Shown one piece after another: positions 1 through 8,676 of a DNA stretch of 32,000 nt; position 1 is the stretch's first letter, and every line of letters starts with the position of its first letter. The position numbers and the translations under genes are program-made. The notes under the pieces were generated by a model. The model saw only the letters and a list, made by a program, of their open reading frames with translations, was not told the DNA's origin and made no database searches. This stretch comes from an uncultured archaeon (GTDB lineage Archaea > Asgardarchaeota > Thorarchaeia > Thorarchaeales > Thorarchaeaceae): assembly GCA_964648855.1 (NCBI GenBank), contig CAZYLT010000002.1, positions 90,001-122,000 of the forward strand, in the 5' to 3' direction.

Positions 1-594
1 CTTAGACCATCTTCCAACAATATTCCCAAAATCCATCCCCGCAAGAATCAATTTGGATGGTTCGTAATGTGTTGCAAGATAACAAGCCCTATCCCCATCT
101 GTGAACCCTCCCCACAAGAATACATTAGGTAGCGGTTCAACTTGCGTGCTACCAAGAACCGTTTTCAGTATCGGCACACATTTCTCAACAGCAGGTATAT
201 TATCTCCGTGGGCATGTACTACCGAAACTGCTCCCTTATTGGTTGCCGTTGCAATATCATCCAAATCTCCATCGAGATCGGTGACAATAATATCCGCTTG
301 AACACCTTCATCCAGTAGAGCAGTTGTAGCCCCATCCGCTGCAATGAAAGCTAATCTATCAAATGGCACTTGTTCTGCAATTCTTTCCAGATGACTCTCT
401 AGCGAAGGGCCTGCTCCACAGACTATCACGATTCTTCCTTTGATTAACATTCTCAATTTTCCCAATAATGGTTTGGAATTTTGTCCTGCCAAAATTGAAC
501 TAAGAATCTGTGTTGCTTTCCTGTCATCTTCAGGATTAAGGCCAAGCTCGGATACAATCTCATTGTATAATGGTTGCCATTCTGACCATTTCAT
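1..594 (-). CDS. mptE: 6-hydroxymethyl-7,8-dihydropterin pyrophosphokinase MptE (DUF115 family), 3' end runs off the window
   Basis: Not in the ORF track; translated by hand from ATG at 594: MKWSEWQPLYNEIVSELGLNPEDD...VCGAGPSLE...FIAADGAT...IIVTDLDGD...VVHAHGDN...GGFTDGDRA...LAGMDFG. These are MptE motifs. A GGTGA SD lies upstream, and the gene is directly downstream of folP. Confidence 0.9.
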   Translation of the reverse strand, partial: MKWSEWQPLYNEIVSELGLNPEDDRKATQILSSILAGQNSKPLLGKLRMLIKGRIVIVCGAGPSLESHLERIAEQVPFDRLAFIAADGATTALLDEGVQADIIVTDLDGDLDDIATATNKGAVSVVHAHGDNIPAVEKCVPILKTVLGSTQVEPLPNVFLWGGFTDGDRACYLATHYEPSKLILAGMDFGNIVGRWSK

Positions 595-631
595 TGAATC
601 ACCTTCTGAGAATTCGTTCACTACCTACGAT

Positions 632-1483
632 TCATCCGCCTCTTCTTAGTTTCTCTCCAATTCTACATGCCACAACCGTTTCCTTCACATCATGAGTCCG
701 TACGATGTCAGCTCCATTTGCTGCTGCTATGCTAGTCACGGCGATGCTGCCCTCTAATCTTTCACTAGGGTTCTCCTGATTAAGCAAATAGCCGATGAAC
801 GCCTTGCGGGACACTCCAATTAGTATTGGCTGACCAAGGGATTTGAACATCTCAAGTTCTCGGATTATTTCATAATCTACGTCCGGGGATTTTCCAAACC
901 CTATCCCAGGATCTACTATTATCTTACTTTGCTCTATATCTGCTATATTGGCGATATGAAGACTCCTCTTCAATGCCTGTAGTGATTGCTCAACTGATTT
1001 ACATGTACTTGCGCATGATGACATTACCACGACAGGGATGTTTCTTTGTGAGACCACCTCTGCCATATTTTCGTCTCCTTGAAGACCAGAAACATCGTTT
1101 ATCATAGAGGCTCCAAGTTCTATGGCGCGCTCAGCCACTTGAGAAGATGCTGTATCAACAGAAATAGGCACCTCTATTGAGTCAGTAAGTACCTCCAATG
1201 CATATTCGATTCTCTCCATTTCAAGCTCCGTTGACACCCGTTCGGTATCATAGTAAGCTGTTGGTGCCGTAGAAACCCCACCAACATCTATGATACTCGA
1301 CCCCTCATCTATCATTTGCCTAGCTTTCGCAACTATTTGGTCACCTTGGACTTCTACGGATTCGGCATAGAATGACTCGGGTGATGTATTTAGAACACCC
1401 ATTACGCGCACTGGAAAAACTTCACCTATGCCAAGTGTGTCCACGTATACAGTATTCTTGTGCAAAGACAACAACTCCAACAA
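632..1483 (-). CDS. folP: dihydropteroate synthase
   Basis: Motifs MGVLNTSPESF, IIDVGGVST, ISVDT, INDVSG, DPGIGFGK, GVSRKAFIG and VRTHDV. The true start may be a few codons downstream (TTG after GGAG). Confidence 0.95.
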   Translation of the reverse strand: MLELLSLHKNTVYVDTLGIGEVFPVRVMGVLNTSPESFYAESVEVQGDQIVAKARQMIDEGSSIIDVGGVSTAPTAYYDTERVSTELEMERIEYALEVLTDSIEVPISVDTASSQVAERAIELGASMINDVSGLQGDENMAEVVSQRNIPVVVMSSCASTCKSVEQSLQALKRSLHIANIADIEQSKIIVDPGIGFGKSPDVDYEIIRELEMFKSLGQPILIGVSRKAFIGYLLNQENPSERLEGSIAVTSIAAANGADIVRTHDVKETVVACRIGEKLRRGG

Positions 1484-1555
1484 GACGATGGACCCATAGA
1501 ATGAAATAAAACCTATTCACTGTTCTCCTGACCCGTTGATACAAGGTGAATTTCC

Positions 1556-2701
1556 GTGAATAAAGAATTCAAACGAACACAGCTCTATGAGTGGCACAAG
1601 GAGCACGGCGATGTGATTCCTTTTGCTGGCTGGGAGATGCCCGTGCGCTACACAGATATTCGAAACGAACATATGGCTGTACGAGATGCTGTTGGTATAT
1701 TTGATACTTCACACATGTATCGCTTTTTTATTGAAGGACCCGACGCGGCTGATTTTCTGCAGACTCTTACTACGAACAATGTACACAAGCTTTCCATAAA
1801 TGATGGTCATTATTCAACCTGCTTGAATGAAGATGGGGGTACGCATGATGATTTGATGCTTTACCGAGTGGCTGAAGAAGAATACATCTGGGTGACCAAC
1901 GCTGCAAATGGACCCAAAATTTGGGAACACATGAACGCTTACACCGATGATTTTGAAGTAAACCTGAATGACCGCTCAAGAGAGGTAACAATGGTTGCAG
2001 TTCAAGGCCCAAAGGCTGTTGCATTATTATCCAAATTAGCTGGTTTTGATGTTGGAGAATACTCACGGTTTACCGCTAATAGAGTTACGCTAGCTGGATT
2101 TGATACGTATCTCTGTAGAACTGGATACACAGGTGAAGATGGCGGTGAGATTCTGGTTCTTGATACCCCCTCAACAGAGGAGGGCAAAAAGCGGGCAGTC
2201 GGCTTTTGGAATGAACTATTAGAGCAGGGCAAGGAGTTCGGAATCAAGCCCTGTGGACTCGGTGCTCGTGACTCCACACGTCTCGAGGCTGGATTTGTTC
2301 TCTATGGACATGAGATCGATGAAGAAACATCGCCAATTGAAGCGAGAATTCCATATGCTGTGAAGTTCAAGGTCGATCCTCACTACATTGGATATGATGT
2401 TGTCAAAACACAAAAGACAGAGGGTGTCGACAGAACACGCATTGGGTTTGAGATGATTGACAGAGGCATACCCCGAGAGGATTATGATATGCTTCTGTCC
2501 GGCTCGAAAATTGGAAAGACAACGAGTGGGAGCCTCTCGCCTGTCCTCAGTAAGGGTATTGGAATGGGATATGTTCCGCCGGATACGGTGGAAGAGGGTG
2601 ATACTATTGAGATTGATATCAAAGGCAGAATCCGTGAAGCAAAGATTACCCAATGGCCGTTTTATGATTCTAACAAGTATGGCGCCACGCGAACCGACTG
2701 A
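1556..2701 (+). CDS. gcvT: glycine cleavage system T protein (aminomethyltransferase)
   Basis: Motifs FAGWEMPVRY, EHMAVR, FDTSHM, QGPKA, RTGYTGEDGGE and GLGARDSTRLEAG. GTG start with AAGGTGA SD. Confidence 0.96.
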   Translation: MNKEFKRTQLYEWHKEHGDVIPFAGWEMPVRYTDIRNEHMAVRDAVGIFDTSHMYRFFIEGPDAADFLQTLTTNNVHKLSINDGHYSTCLNEDGGTHDDLMLYRVAEEEYIWVTNAANGPKIWEHMNAYTDDFEVNLNDRSREVTMVAVQGPKAVALLSKLAGFDVGEYSRFTANRVTLAGFDTYLCRTGYTGEDGGEILVLDTPSTEEGKKRAVGFWNELLEQGKEFGIKPCGLGARDSTRLEAGFVLYGHEIDEETSPIEARIPYAVKFKVDPHYIGYDVVKTQKTEGVDRTRIGFEMIDRGIPREDYDMLLSGSKIGKTTSGSLSPVLSKGIGMGYVPPDTVEEGDTIEIDIKGRIREAKITQWPFYDSNKYGATRTD

Positions 2702-2758
2702 CAGTTAGATGCATTTAAAGGGACTGAATAATCCATTCAAATTCGTTGGTGGAATAAG

Positions 2759-3157
2759 ATGTCCGAAGGTCAGGACGTAAGAAAAGACAGGTCTTATAGT
2801 GAGGAACACGAATGGGCTAAAGTCGATGATGGAATTGTTGTGATTGGCATCAGTGACTATGCTCAGAACTCTCTGCATGAAATCACATATGTAGAAGTCA
2901 CAGAAGTTGGAACAAAAGTAGAAAATGGAGATGAATGCGGTCTGGTTGAATCTATGAAAGCATCATCTGACATTTATACGCCAGTAAGCGGCGAAATAGT
3001 CGAAGTTAATGATAAACTTGAAGACGCGCCAGAGATTGTGAATGAATCACCCTATGAAGAGGGTTGGCTGCTGAAAATCAAGCCATCAAATCTTGAGGAT
3101 GAAATGAGTTCACTCATGAGTGCAGAAGAGTACGAAGAGTTCATCAAAGATCTATAG
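2759..3157 (+). CDS. gcvH: glycine cleavage system H protein (lipoyl carrier)
   Basis: Motifs YSEEHEW, GISDYAQ, VESMKASSDIYTPVSG (lipoyl-Lys) and NESPYEEGWL. Confidence 0.96.
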   Translation: MSEGQDVRKDRSYSEEHEWAKVDDGIVVIGISDYAQNSLHEITYVEVTEVGTKVENGDECGLVESMKASSDIYTPVSGEIVEVNDKLEDAPEIVNESPYEEGWLLKIKPSNLEDEMSSLMSAEEYEEFIKDL

Positions 3158-3383
3158 AGCAATACATACATTCAATGCTTGGGACAAGCCTATGCGGATT
3201 ATTGCAAGGCTGTCCGAAGCTTCCGCATTTCTTTTTGGCAGATGTTGGCAAACTAAATGGTATTTGGCAGTCTATTTCATGCCTCTTTTCTGGTTGGTAC
3301 AGAAATGATTCTATCCGAAACCCTTTTAGCGAATATGAGATTGCTCCGCTTAACTTCGAGTCCGAACGGAGAGAGCACACCGA

Positions 3384-6143
3384 ATGTCCAAATTCAATAG
3401 ATATAAGCGGTCCGCGGGTCGTTTCCTCAGAAAAATTTTCCGAAGGCCAAAGGCGGAAATTAATCGTGGGTCCGTAATGATAATGGTAGCATTATCAATC
3501 ATTTTCATATCTGCACTCACTCTAAGACTGGAGCCATTAATCAATGCTCAGCCTGTTGTACGAGCTTTTGACCCATGGTTTCAACTACGGGTAACAGAGT
3601 ATGTGACGGAGAATGGTTATGCCGCATATTTCTCATGGTATGATTATACAACATGGGTACCTTTTGGACGTGACATGACGCAAACTAGCTATATTGGTGT
3701 GCCATTCACCACTGCCTTCTTCTATTGGGTAGTAAATCTATTAGGAATCGAAGTATCAGTAACGTATGTTGCGTTGATTGTTCCTGCATTCATGGGTGCA
3801 TTAACTACTATTGTTGCATTTTTCCTTGGACGAGAACTATACAATAACACTGTTGGCATGCTAAATTCCTTATTCATGGCCTTCATGCCAGCCTTCATCC
3901 AGAGAACAGTAGTTGGATTCTTCGACAACGAAAGCATAGGAATCTTTGCTATTGTGCTCACTATGTACCTCTTTATTCGCAGCATTCGACGTGAATCAAG
4001 TTTATCCGGGGTTGCTGCGGGTTTGTCCCTAGGCTACCTACTTGCGTCATGGGGCGCTGCAGATTTCATGTTGGGTCTCTTTGCTCTCTACGGCTTTACT
4101 ATGCTCATAATAGGAAGATACAGCAAGCGGTTACTCACAACTTTTCTACTAACGCTGACTCTGGGTATGTTCATCGGTTGTCTTGTACCACGAAATGGTT
4201 TCGAGAGCCTCACATCGTTCACATACCTTGCACCAATAGGTGTGGGGGTGCTCCTTACAGGTTACGAAATCTGGCAAAGAATAGGCTCACTTCGCGAAGC
4301 TACTGCAATAAAAATTGCACCCCACTTGAAGTCAATTCTGGTTGGAATTATCACCCCAATTGCAGGGATGATTGCTTATGTGATGTATTCAAGTGGATTA
4401 GACCTCTCGATTGTTACCACAGCATCTAATCCCTTTACAGTGATTGGAAACAAATTCCTTAGTGTAATTAACCCATTTTTCCGTCTTGATCAGCGGATAT
4501 TCGCATCTGTGGCTGAGCACTTACCAAGTCCATGGGGAAGCTTCTATCAGACATTACTGATACTGATATTCTTCTTGCCTTTGGGAATGTATTTCTTATT
4601 CAGAAGAGGCAGGGACGAGGACTATCTGCTTCTCCTGTTTGGCATCACTGCCGTGTACTTTGCAGGAAGTATGATTCGGCTTAGTTTGATTCTTGCACCC
4701 GCAGCTGCAATCCTAGCAAGTATAGCAGTCAATGGAATTTTGAGTCCATTCGCTAAGGTTGTAACTCAGGACTCGGTCTTTGAGCGAAGAAGATTCAGAA
4801 TGAGTTCATCTCTGACATCCGAGCATGCCATTGCTGCATTCGGTTTTGTTGGTTTACTCCTGTCTGTGAATCTGATTATGGGGGTTTCTTATGTGACAAA
4901 CTCGGTGAGCAACCCCGAATTTGCGCCTTCTCAAATCACGTCCGACCAGCAGTTTGGTGATTGGCAGACGTCCATGAACTATATCAGGAACGTTCTACCT
5001 GATGATGCAGTTATTGCCAGTTGGTGGGATTACGGCTATTGGATAAATGGTGCAGGCGAGGGACAAACGATTGTTGATAATGCCACTTGGAATCGTACGC
5101 AAATCGCCTTGATGGGGTACGCATTGATGGCGTTGAATTTCACAGAGTCACTGAAGACGTTCAAGCTCTGGAATACAACACATGTATTGGTCTATTGGGG
5201 TCACACCAGTTCTGGTGTTGGCGGCGATGAGGGTAAATGGCCATGGATGGTAAGAATTGCCGAGGATCGTTTTGGCAGTTCAGTCATAGATGATGCAACC
5301 TATCTTGGCGATAATCCTGCGACCGACCAAGAGGAGTCAGAATACACCCAGGATGCATTCTTCCAGTCCACTTTGTACAAACTGATGATGTATAACGAGC
5401 CCACATCATTAGAGTCTGGACAACAGCGTGGGTTGACTAATGAGCGGTTGGGATGGGATAGGCAATACATCGAAAATCCGGATAAGCGCTGGGTAAATAA
5501 TATTCCACAGACTCTCCACGGTGCTTTCAAAGAGGCCTTCATCAGCTATGCATATGGATTTGTCAAGATTTACGAGATTGACTACACAATGCTTGAACAG
5601 TACAATAACCGTACTAGTTCAGACTGGCGACTGGAGAAAGACTCGCTCTCTCAAGTATCAATTGACGGCAGCCTATCTCCACAAGAAGAGGACTTCCAGA
5701 GTTTCGATACTGTGTTTGGCGGTGGATATGATGCTACTGTCTACACACGTGCAAACTCAACTCATGTCTATTATGGCATCCAAATGGATAACTACACTCT
5801 TGCAGAAGACGCCTTTGGATTGCAAATATCCCCAATTGACAGTACTTCCGTATCAGACATTCGCGCTGTTAACTACCAAGGGAAAGAGTATTTCGATGGA
5901 CATATCGACTACTATGGCGACTGGGTGGCTGATGCTCAAGGGGCAAATGAATCTGAAGCGGCAACTGGCGAAAATGTGATAGAATTTCTACTCCCACTGA
6001 ATTCGGAGGATCCAGATGACATACCTCTCTCGCCTGGTAATAAGTATCAAATACGATTTCTCTTCTGGAACAACATACAAACTGGCGAACCAACTCTCAA
6101 TAGTGACTGGACGGTCTTCTGGGTTCCTGTAGAGCTACACTAA
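3384..6143 (+). CDS. aglB: oligosaccharyltransferase AglB/STT3 with C-terminal extension
   Basis: Multi-TM N-terminal region with FDPWF, GFFDNE and SVAEH. Also WWDYG, DNATWNRTQI and the DK motif DEGKWPWMVRIA. Confidence 0.95.
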   Translation: MSKFNRYKRSAGRFLRKIFRRPKAEINRGSVMIMVALSIIFISALTLRLEPLINAQPVVRAFDPWFQLRVTEYVTENGYAAYFSWYDYTTWVPFGRDMTQTSYIGVPFTTAFFYWVVNLLGIEVSVTYVALIVPAFMGALTTIVAFFLGRELYNNTVGMLNSLFMAFMPAFIQRTVVGFFDNESIGIFAIVLTMYLFIRSIRRESSLSGVAAGLSLGYLLASWGAADFMLGLFALYGFTMLIIGRYSKRLLTTFLLTLTLGMFIGCLVPRNGFESLTSFTYLAPIGVGVLLTGYEIWQRIGSLREATAIKIAPHLKSILVGIITPIAGMIAYVMYSSGLDLSIVTTASNPFTVIGNKFLSVINPFFRLDQRIFASVAEHLPSPWGSFYQTLLILIFFLPLGMYFLFRRGRDEDYLLLLFGITAVYFAGSMIRLSLILAPAAAILASIAVNGILSPFAKVVTQDSVFERRRFRMSSSLTSEHAIAAFGFVGLLLSVNLIMGVSYVTNSVSNPEFAPSQITSDQQFGDWQTSMNYIRNVLPDDAVIASWWDYGYWINGAGEGQTIVDNATWNRTQIALMGYALMALNFTESLKTFKLWNTTHVLVYWGHTSSGVGGDEGKWPWMVRIAEDRFGSSVIDDATYLGDNPATDQEESEYTQDAFFQSTLYKLMMYNEPTSLESGQQRGLTNERLGWDRQYIENPDKRWVNNIPQTLHGAFKEAFISYAYGFVKIYEIDYTMLEQYNNRTSSDWRLEKDSLSQVSIDGSLSPQEEDFQSFDTVFGGGYDATVYTRANSTHVYYGIQMDNYTLAEDAFGLQISPIDSTSVSDIRAVNYQGKEYFDGHIDYYGDWVADAQGANESEAATGENVIEFLLPLNSEDPDDIPLSPGNKYQIRFLFWNNIQTGEPTLNSDWTVFWVPVELH

Positions 6144-6153
6144 ATCAAGAAAC

Positions 6154-6191
6154 AGCGGCTTAGAATCATAGCCGCTCCACTCCTATTTTTT
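6154..6191. terminator. hairpin between convergent aglB and nop10, possible bidirectional terminator
   Basis: AGCGGCT (6154-6160) pairs with AGCCGCT (6170-6176). A T-run follows on + (6186-6191) and T-rich sequence follows on -. Confidence 0.5.
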
Positions 6192-6197
6192 GCCTAC

Positions 6198-6374
6198 TTA
6201 TTCTGAGATTAGTCGTTTTGCCTTCCTCTTGGCTTCACGTCTATATTTTCCATACTTGTCCTGAGGAGAAAATCTCGGAGGCGCTGGACTAGAAACTTGT
6301 CCTCCACAATAAGGGCATTTATCTTCTTCGAGGGTATATTTGTTGCATTCGGAGCATTTGAATAAATGCGGCAT
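6198..6374 (-). CDS. nop10: H/ACA RNP protein Nop10
   Basis: Not in the ORF track (58 aa); hand translation MPHLFKCSECNKYTLEEDKCPYCGGQVSSPAPPRFSPQDKYGKYRREAKRKAKRLISE*. It has a Zn-ribbon plus PPRFSPxDKYxxYR and sits in the canonical position after aIF2alpha. Confidence 0.95.
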   Translation of the reverse strand: MPHLFKCSECNKYTLEEDKCPYCGGQVSSPAPPRFSPQDKYGKYRREAKRKAKRLISE

Positions 6375-6383
6375 ATGTTTTAC

Positions 6384-7178
6384 CTACTTACGAGTAAACT
6401 TGAAGGTACCATCATTCTTCTCAATGAACTTTCTAACAGTGTCCAGTATGTCTTCTAACAGGTCTTCTGCTTCCCTGTAATCCGGACTCTCGATTCTGAG
6501 TTTGTATCTCGGGGAACCAAGTGTGTAGATCTCAACAGACGATTTATCCTGCTTCTGCCCCGCTTCAAGTCCCTTCTTGAGTCCCTGTTTTATCACATTG
6601 ACTCCATCTGGTCCCGGAACAGTAATAGTCATTTCACCATCTATTTCAATCGACGGAATCTCTATTCTTTCCTCTGCAAGTTCAGCTACCTGTTTGAGGT
6701 ATTTTTTTGGTGCATCTACCTCATCAAAAACAGAAACATCTCCGTCTGCAGCTGCTTCAAGGCCCTTGTATATTTCTCCAAAATACTCTTGAATTGGCCA
6801 TCCAACCTTCTCATAGGCCTCTTCTAAAGTCATATCATTATTCTTGGCAACAAGCTCCAGCAGTCTTTCTGCTCTTTGTGCCCTCTTCCACTCTTCGTTC
6901 TTGACCCTCTTGGCTTCTGAAGAAACTCTTCGAAGTGAACAATCAATATGACCCTTGACCTCGTCAATCTTAAGAACTCGTACAACAACCCGTTGGTTTT
7001 CTGCAATATGGTTACGGATGTTTCTAACCCATGTGCTTGAGACCTCTGAAATATGAATGAAGCCCTCCTTGTCCTCATATTCTGGAAGCGTAACATATGC
7101 CCCATATGGGGCTACTTTCGTTGCCACGGCAACCACATATTCATCAGGGCTTGGCCATTCAGCTCGTTTCAAAACCAT
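6384..7178 (-). CDS. eif2a: translation initiation factor 2 subunit alpha
   Basis: S1 domain (YGAYVTL...EGFIHISEVSSTWVRNIR, KGHIDCSLRRV) and C-terminal IYTLGSPRY. ATG 7178 is preferred because GGAGG lies upstream; the ORF track extends to 7193. Confidence 0.95.
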   Translation of the reverse strand: MVLKRAEWPSPDEYVVAVATKVAPYGAYVTLPEYEDKEGFIHISEVSSTWVRNIRNHIAENQRVVVRVLKIDEVKGHIDCSLRRVSSEAKRVKNEEWKRAQRAERLLELVAKNNDMTLEEAYEKVGWPIQEYFGEIYKGLEAAADGDVSVFDEVDAPKKYLKQVAELAEERIEIPSIEIDGEMTITVPGPDGVNVIKQGLKKGLEAGQKQDKSSVEIYTLGSPRYKLRIESPDYREAEDLLEDILDTVRKFIEKNDGTFKFTRK

Positions 7179-7216
7179 CTCGGGAACCTCCACTAGGATC
7201 TCTGAAAATCAGAATC

Positions 7217-7417
7217 CTATTGTAGCGTTTCTACCTCTCTTGCGATTGGCTGAAGCTTTGTCTTTCCGCCAACAGGTTTTGCCAGCACTTTATCACATTT
7301 TAGGCATTTTACTTCTGTAGAAGCATTGCCAAAAATAATCTGTTCATTCTCACAATCCAGACATTTTACCTTCAAAAATCGTGAGTTGGGTTGTTGAACT
7401 ATATCTCCTTTGGTCAC
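7217..7417 (-). CDS. rps27e: 30S ribosomal protein S27e
   Basis: PNSRFLKVKCLDCENEQIIF...CLKC...LAKPVGGK Zn-ribbon. GTG start at 7417 (or 7426). Confidence 0.95.
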   Translation of the reverse strand: MTKGDIVQQPNSRFLKVKCLDCENEQIIFGNASTEVKCLKCDKVLAKPVGGKTKLQPIAREVETLQ

Positions 7418-7571
7418 TATTACCACCAGTCTGTCCGAGGTTTCGATACTGCCTTGCCAGCAGAAAATGGCCCAAACATATGGACACTTTAACGTCGGAA
7501 CAAGGTTGCATTATAACTCTATCGACACGCCATTCCGTTGACGCTCTGAAGAACGTCTACAGGCTTGTTTA

Positions 7572-7853
7572 CTAAACTCTGGAAATCTCAACCTTCTTGA
7601 GTCTCATACCATCCGTTTGAATGGTATATCCACACTCTCGGCATTTGAGTTTGAGTACCGTCTTCTTCGTGGTCTTGGCAAATCGTTTCTGAATAGGCTT
7701 TGGGAATGACCCGTATCCTTTGGTCTTTCTCTTCATCCGTCTAGCACCTTGGGACATTGGGCTCTGTGCCCCTTTCTTTCCGATGGATACAGAATGCTCT
7801 GTGTGTTTTTGACAGCGGGGGCAATACCTATTCATCACAGCAGGAACTTTCAT
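7572..7853 (-). CDS. rpl44e: 50S ribosomal protein L44e (eL42)
   Basis: MKVP...YCPRCQKHTEH...KTTKKTVLKLKCRECG; operon context supports the call. Confidence 0.95.
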   Translation of the reverse strand: MKVPAVMNRYCPRCQKHTEHSVSIGKKGAQSPMSQGARRMKRKTKGYGSFPKPIQKRFAKTTKKTVLKLKCRECGYTIQTDGMRLKKVEISRV

Positions 7854-8038
7854 TGATACTCACCTTATACGAATGGAGTGGTGTCACTCGAGATGCGGCA
7901 TTCATGTATGTTCTTAATCTTATCGTTTTGCACACCGGCAAGATTGGGATATATCGATATGAAGCGCCTTACCTCTGAAAATAGAGGTATCAATTCAAAA
8001 AATGTTGGGATAATTGGCAGAAGCTGGATTTGTGTTTA

Positions 8039-8260
8039 CTAACCCCACAACTGAAGTTGCTGTCCAATATGAGAAACCACGGTAATGATTACCAAAATAG
8101 CTGCCATTACAACTACAAGGGTTGGCCCAACTTTAATTCCAGGAGTTTCGTCCTCGAAGAATCGGATCAGTCCTGCACCACCAGACGGCATTGGACCGGA
8201 ATCTCGGCTGCTCTTTCGCCGTGTTTTTTTCTTCTTCTTCCTCTTAGCGGACTTTGGCAT
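8039..8260 (-). CDS. secG: preprotein translocase subunit Sec61beta
   Basis: Basic N-terminus, then the GAGLIRFFEDE..GIKVGP motif, then a single TM helix. Confidence 0.9.
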   Translation of the reverse strand: MPKSAKRKKKKKTRRKSSRDSGPMPSGGAGLIRFFEDETPGIKVGPTLVVVMAAILVIITVVSHIGQQLQLWG

Positions 8261-8347
8261 TCCGTGTGTGCCTCCTAGACTTAATCTGAATCCCGCTCTT
8301 GCGTTTTTAATCCTTTCCTATTGCCATAAAGCAGAACATCAAGATGG

Positions 8348-8635
8348 CTATAGACAGGCACAAGGTGATTCCGAACATTTTGGGCAGCCCTTCCCATATT
8401 TCATCCGAAAGGCTTGTGTCATATCCACTTGGAGTAGATTGGCTAGGGAGAGCACCCAGGCAAAGACGTCTGCTAGTTCTTCCTGAATCATGTTTTGATT
8501 CTGATTTTTGCCAACCGCCTCACTTAGTTCTGCCAGTTCTTGAAAGGCACGAATAAGAGTTCCATTCACTCCTCTCGCAGTATCTCTCTCGAGATATATC
8601 TCACGCATAAGATCTTGTCCGTCACTTATGTTCAT
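8348..8635 (-). CDS. MazG-like nucleotide pyrophosphohydrolase
   Basis: IYLERDTARG, QELAELSEA, EELADVFAWVLSLAN and C-terminal CPKCSESPCAC, typical of the archaeal small MazG family. Confidence 0.85.
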   Translation of the reverse strand: MNISDGQDLMREIYLERDTARGVNGTLIRAFQELAELSEAVGKNQNQNMIQEELADVFAWVLSLANLLQVDMTQAFRMKYGKGCPKCSESPCACL

Positions 8636-8676
8636 AATTACACCTCAAGAAAGAGGTGACCCGGTCTAGCGGGCCT

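Noticed and set aside
3368-3386. GGAGAGAG-CACACCGAA resembles the start of a glycine riboswitch near gcv genes
   Set aside because: It lies downstream of gcvH, lacks the CUCUCAGG half and stems, and is explained as the aglB ribosome-binding site.
3175-3477. 100-aa ORF between gcvH and aglB, and the many other short overlapping ORFs in the track (e.g. 2219-2653, 5521-5979, 8085-8486, 30875-31393)
   Set aside because: These are shadow or alternate-frame ORFs over well-supported genes or promoters, with no recognisable motifs.
7427-7571. 145-nt gap inside the rpl44e-rps27e operon as a hidden gene or RNA
   Set aside because: There is no credible ORF or stable structure. It contains a TATA-like TTATAA on the minus strand, consistent with an internal promoter.
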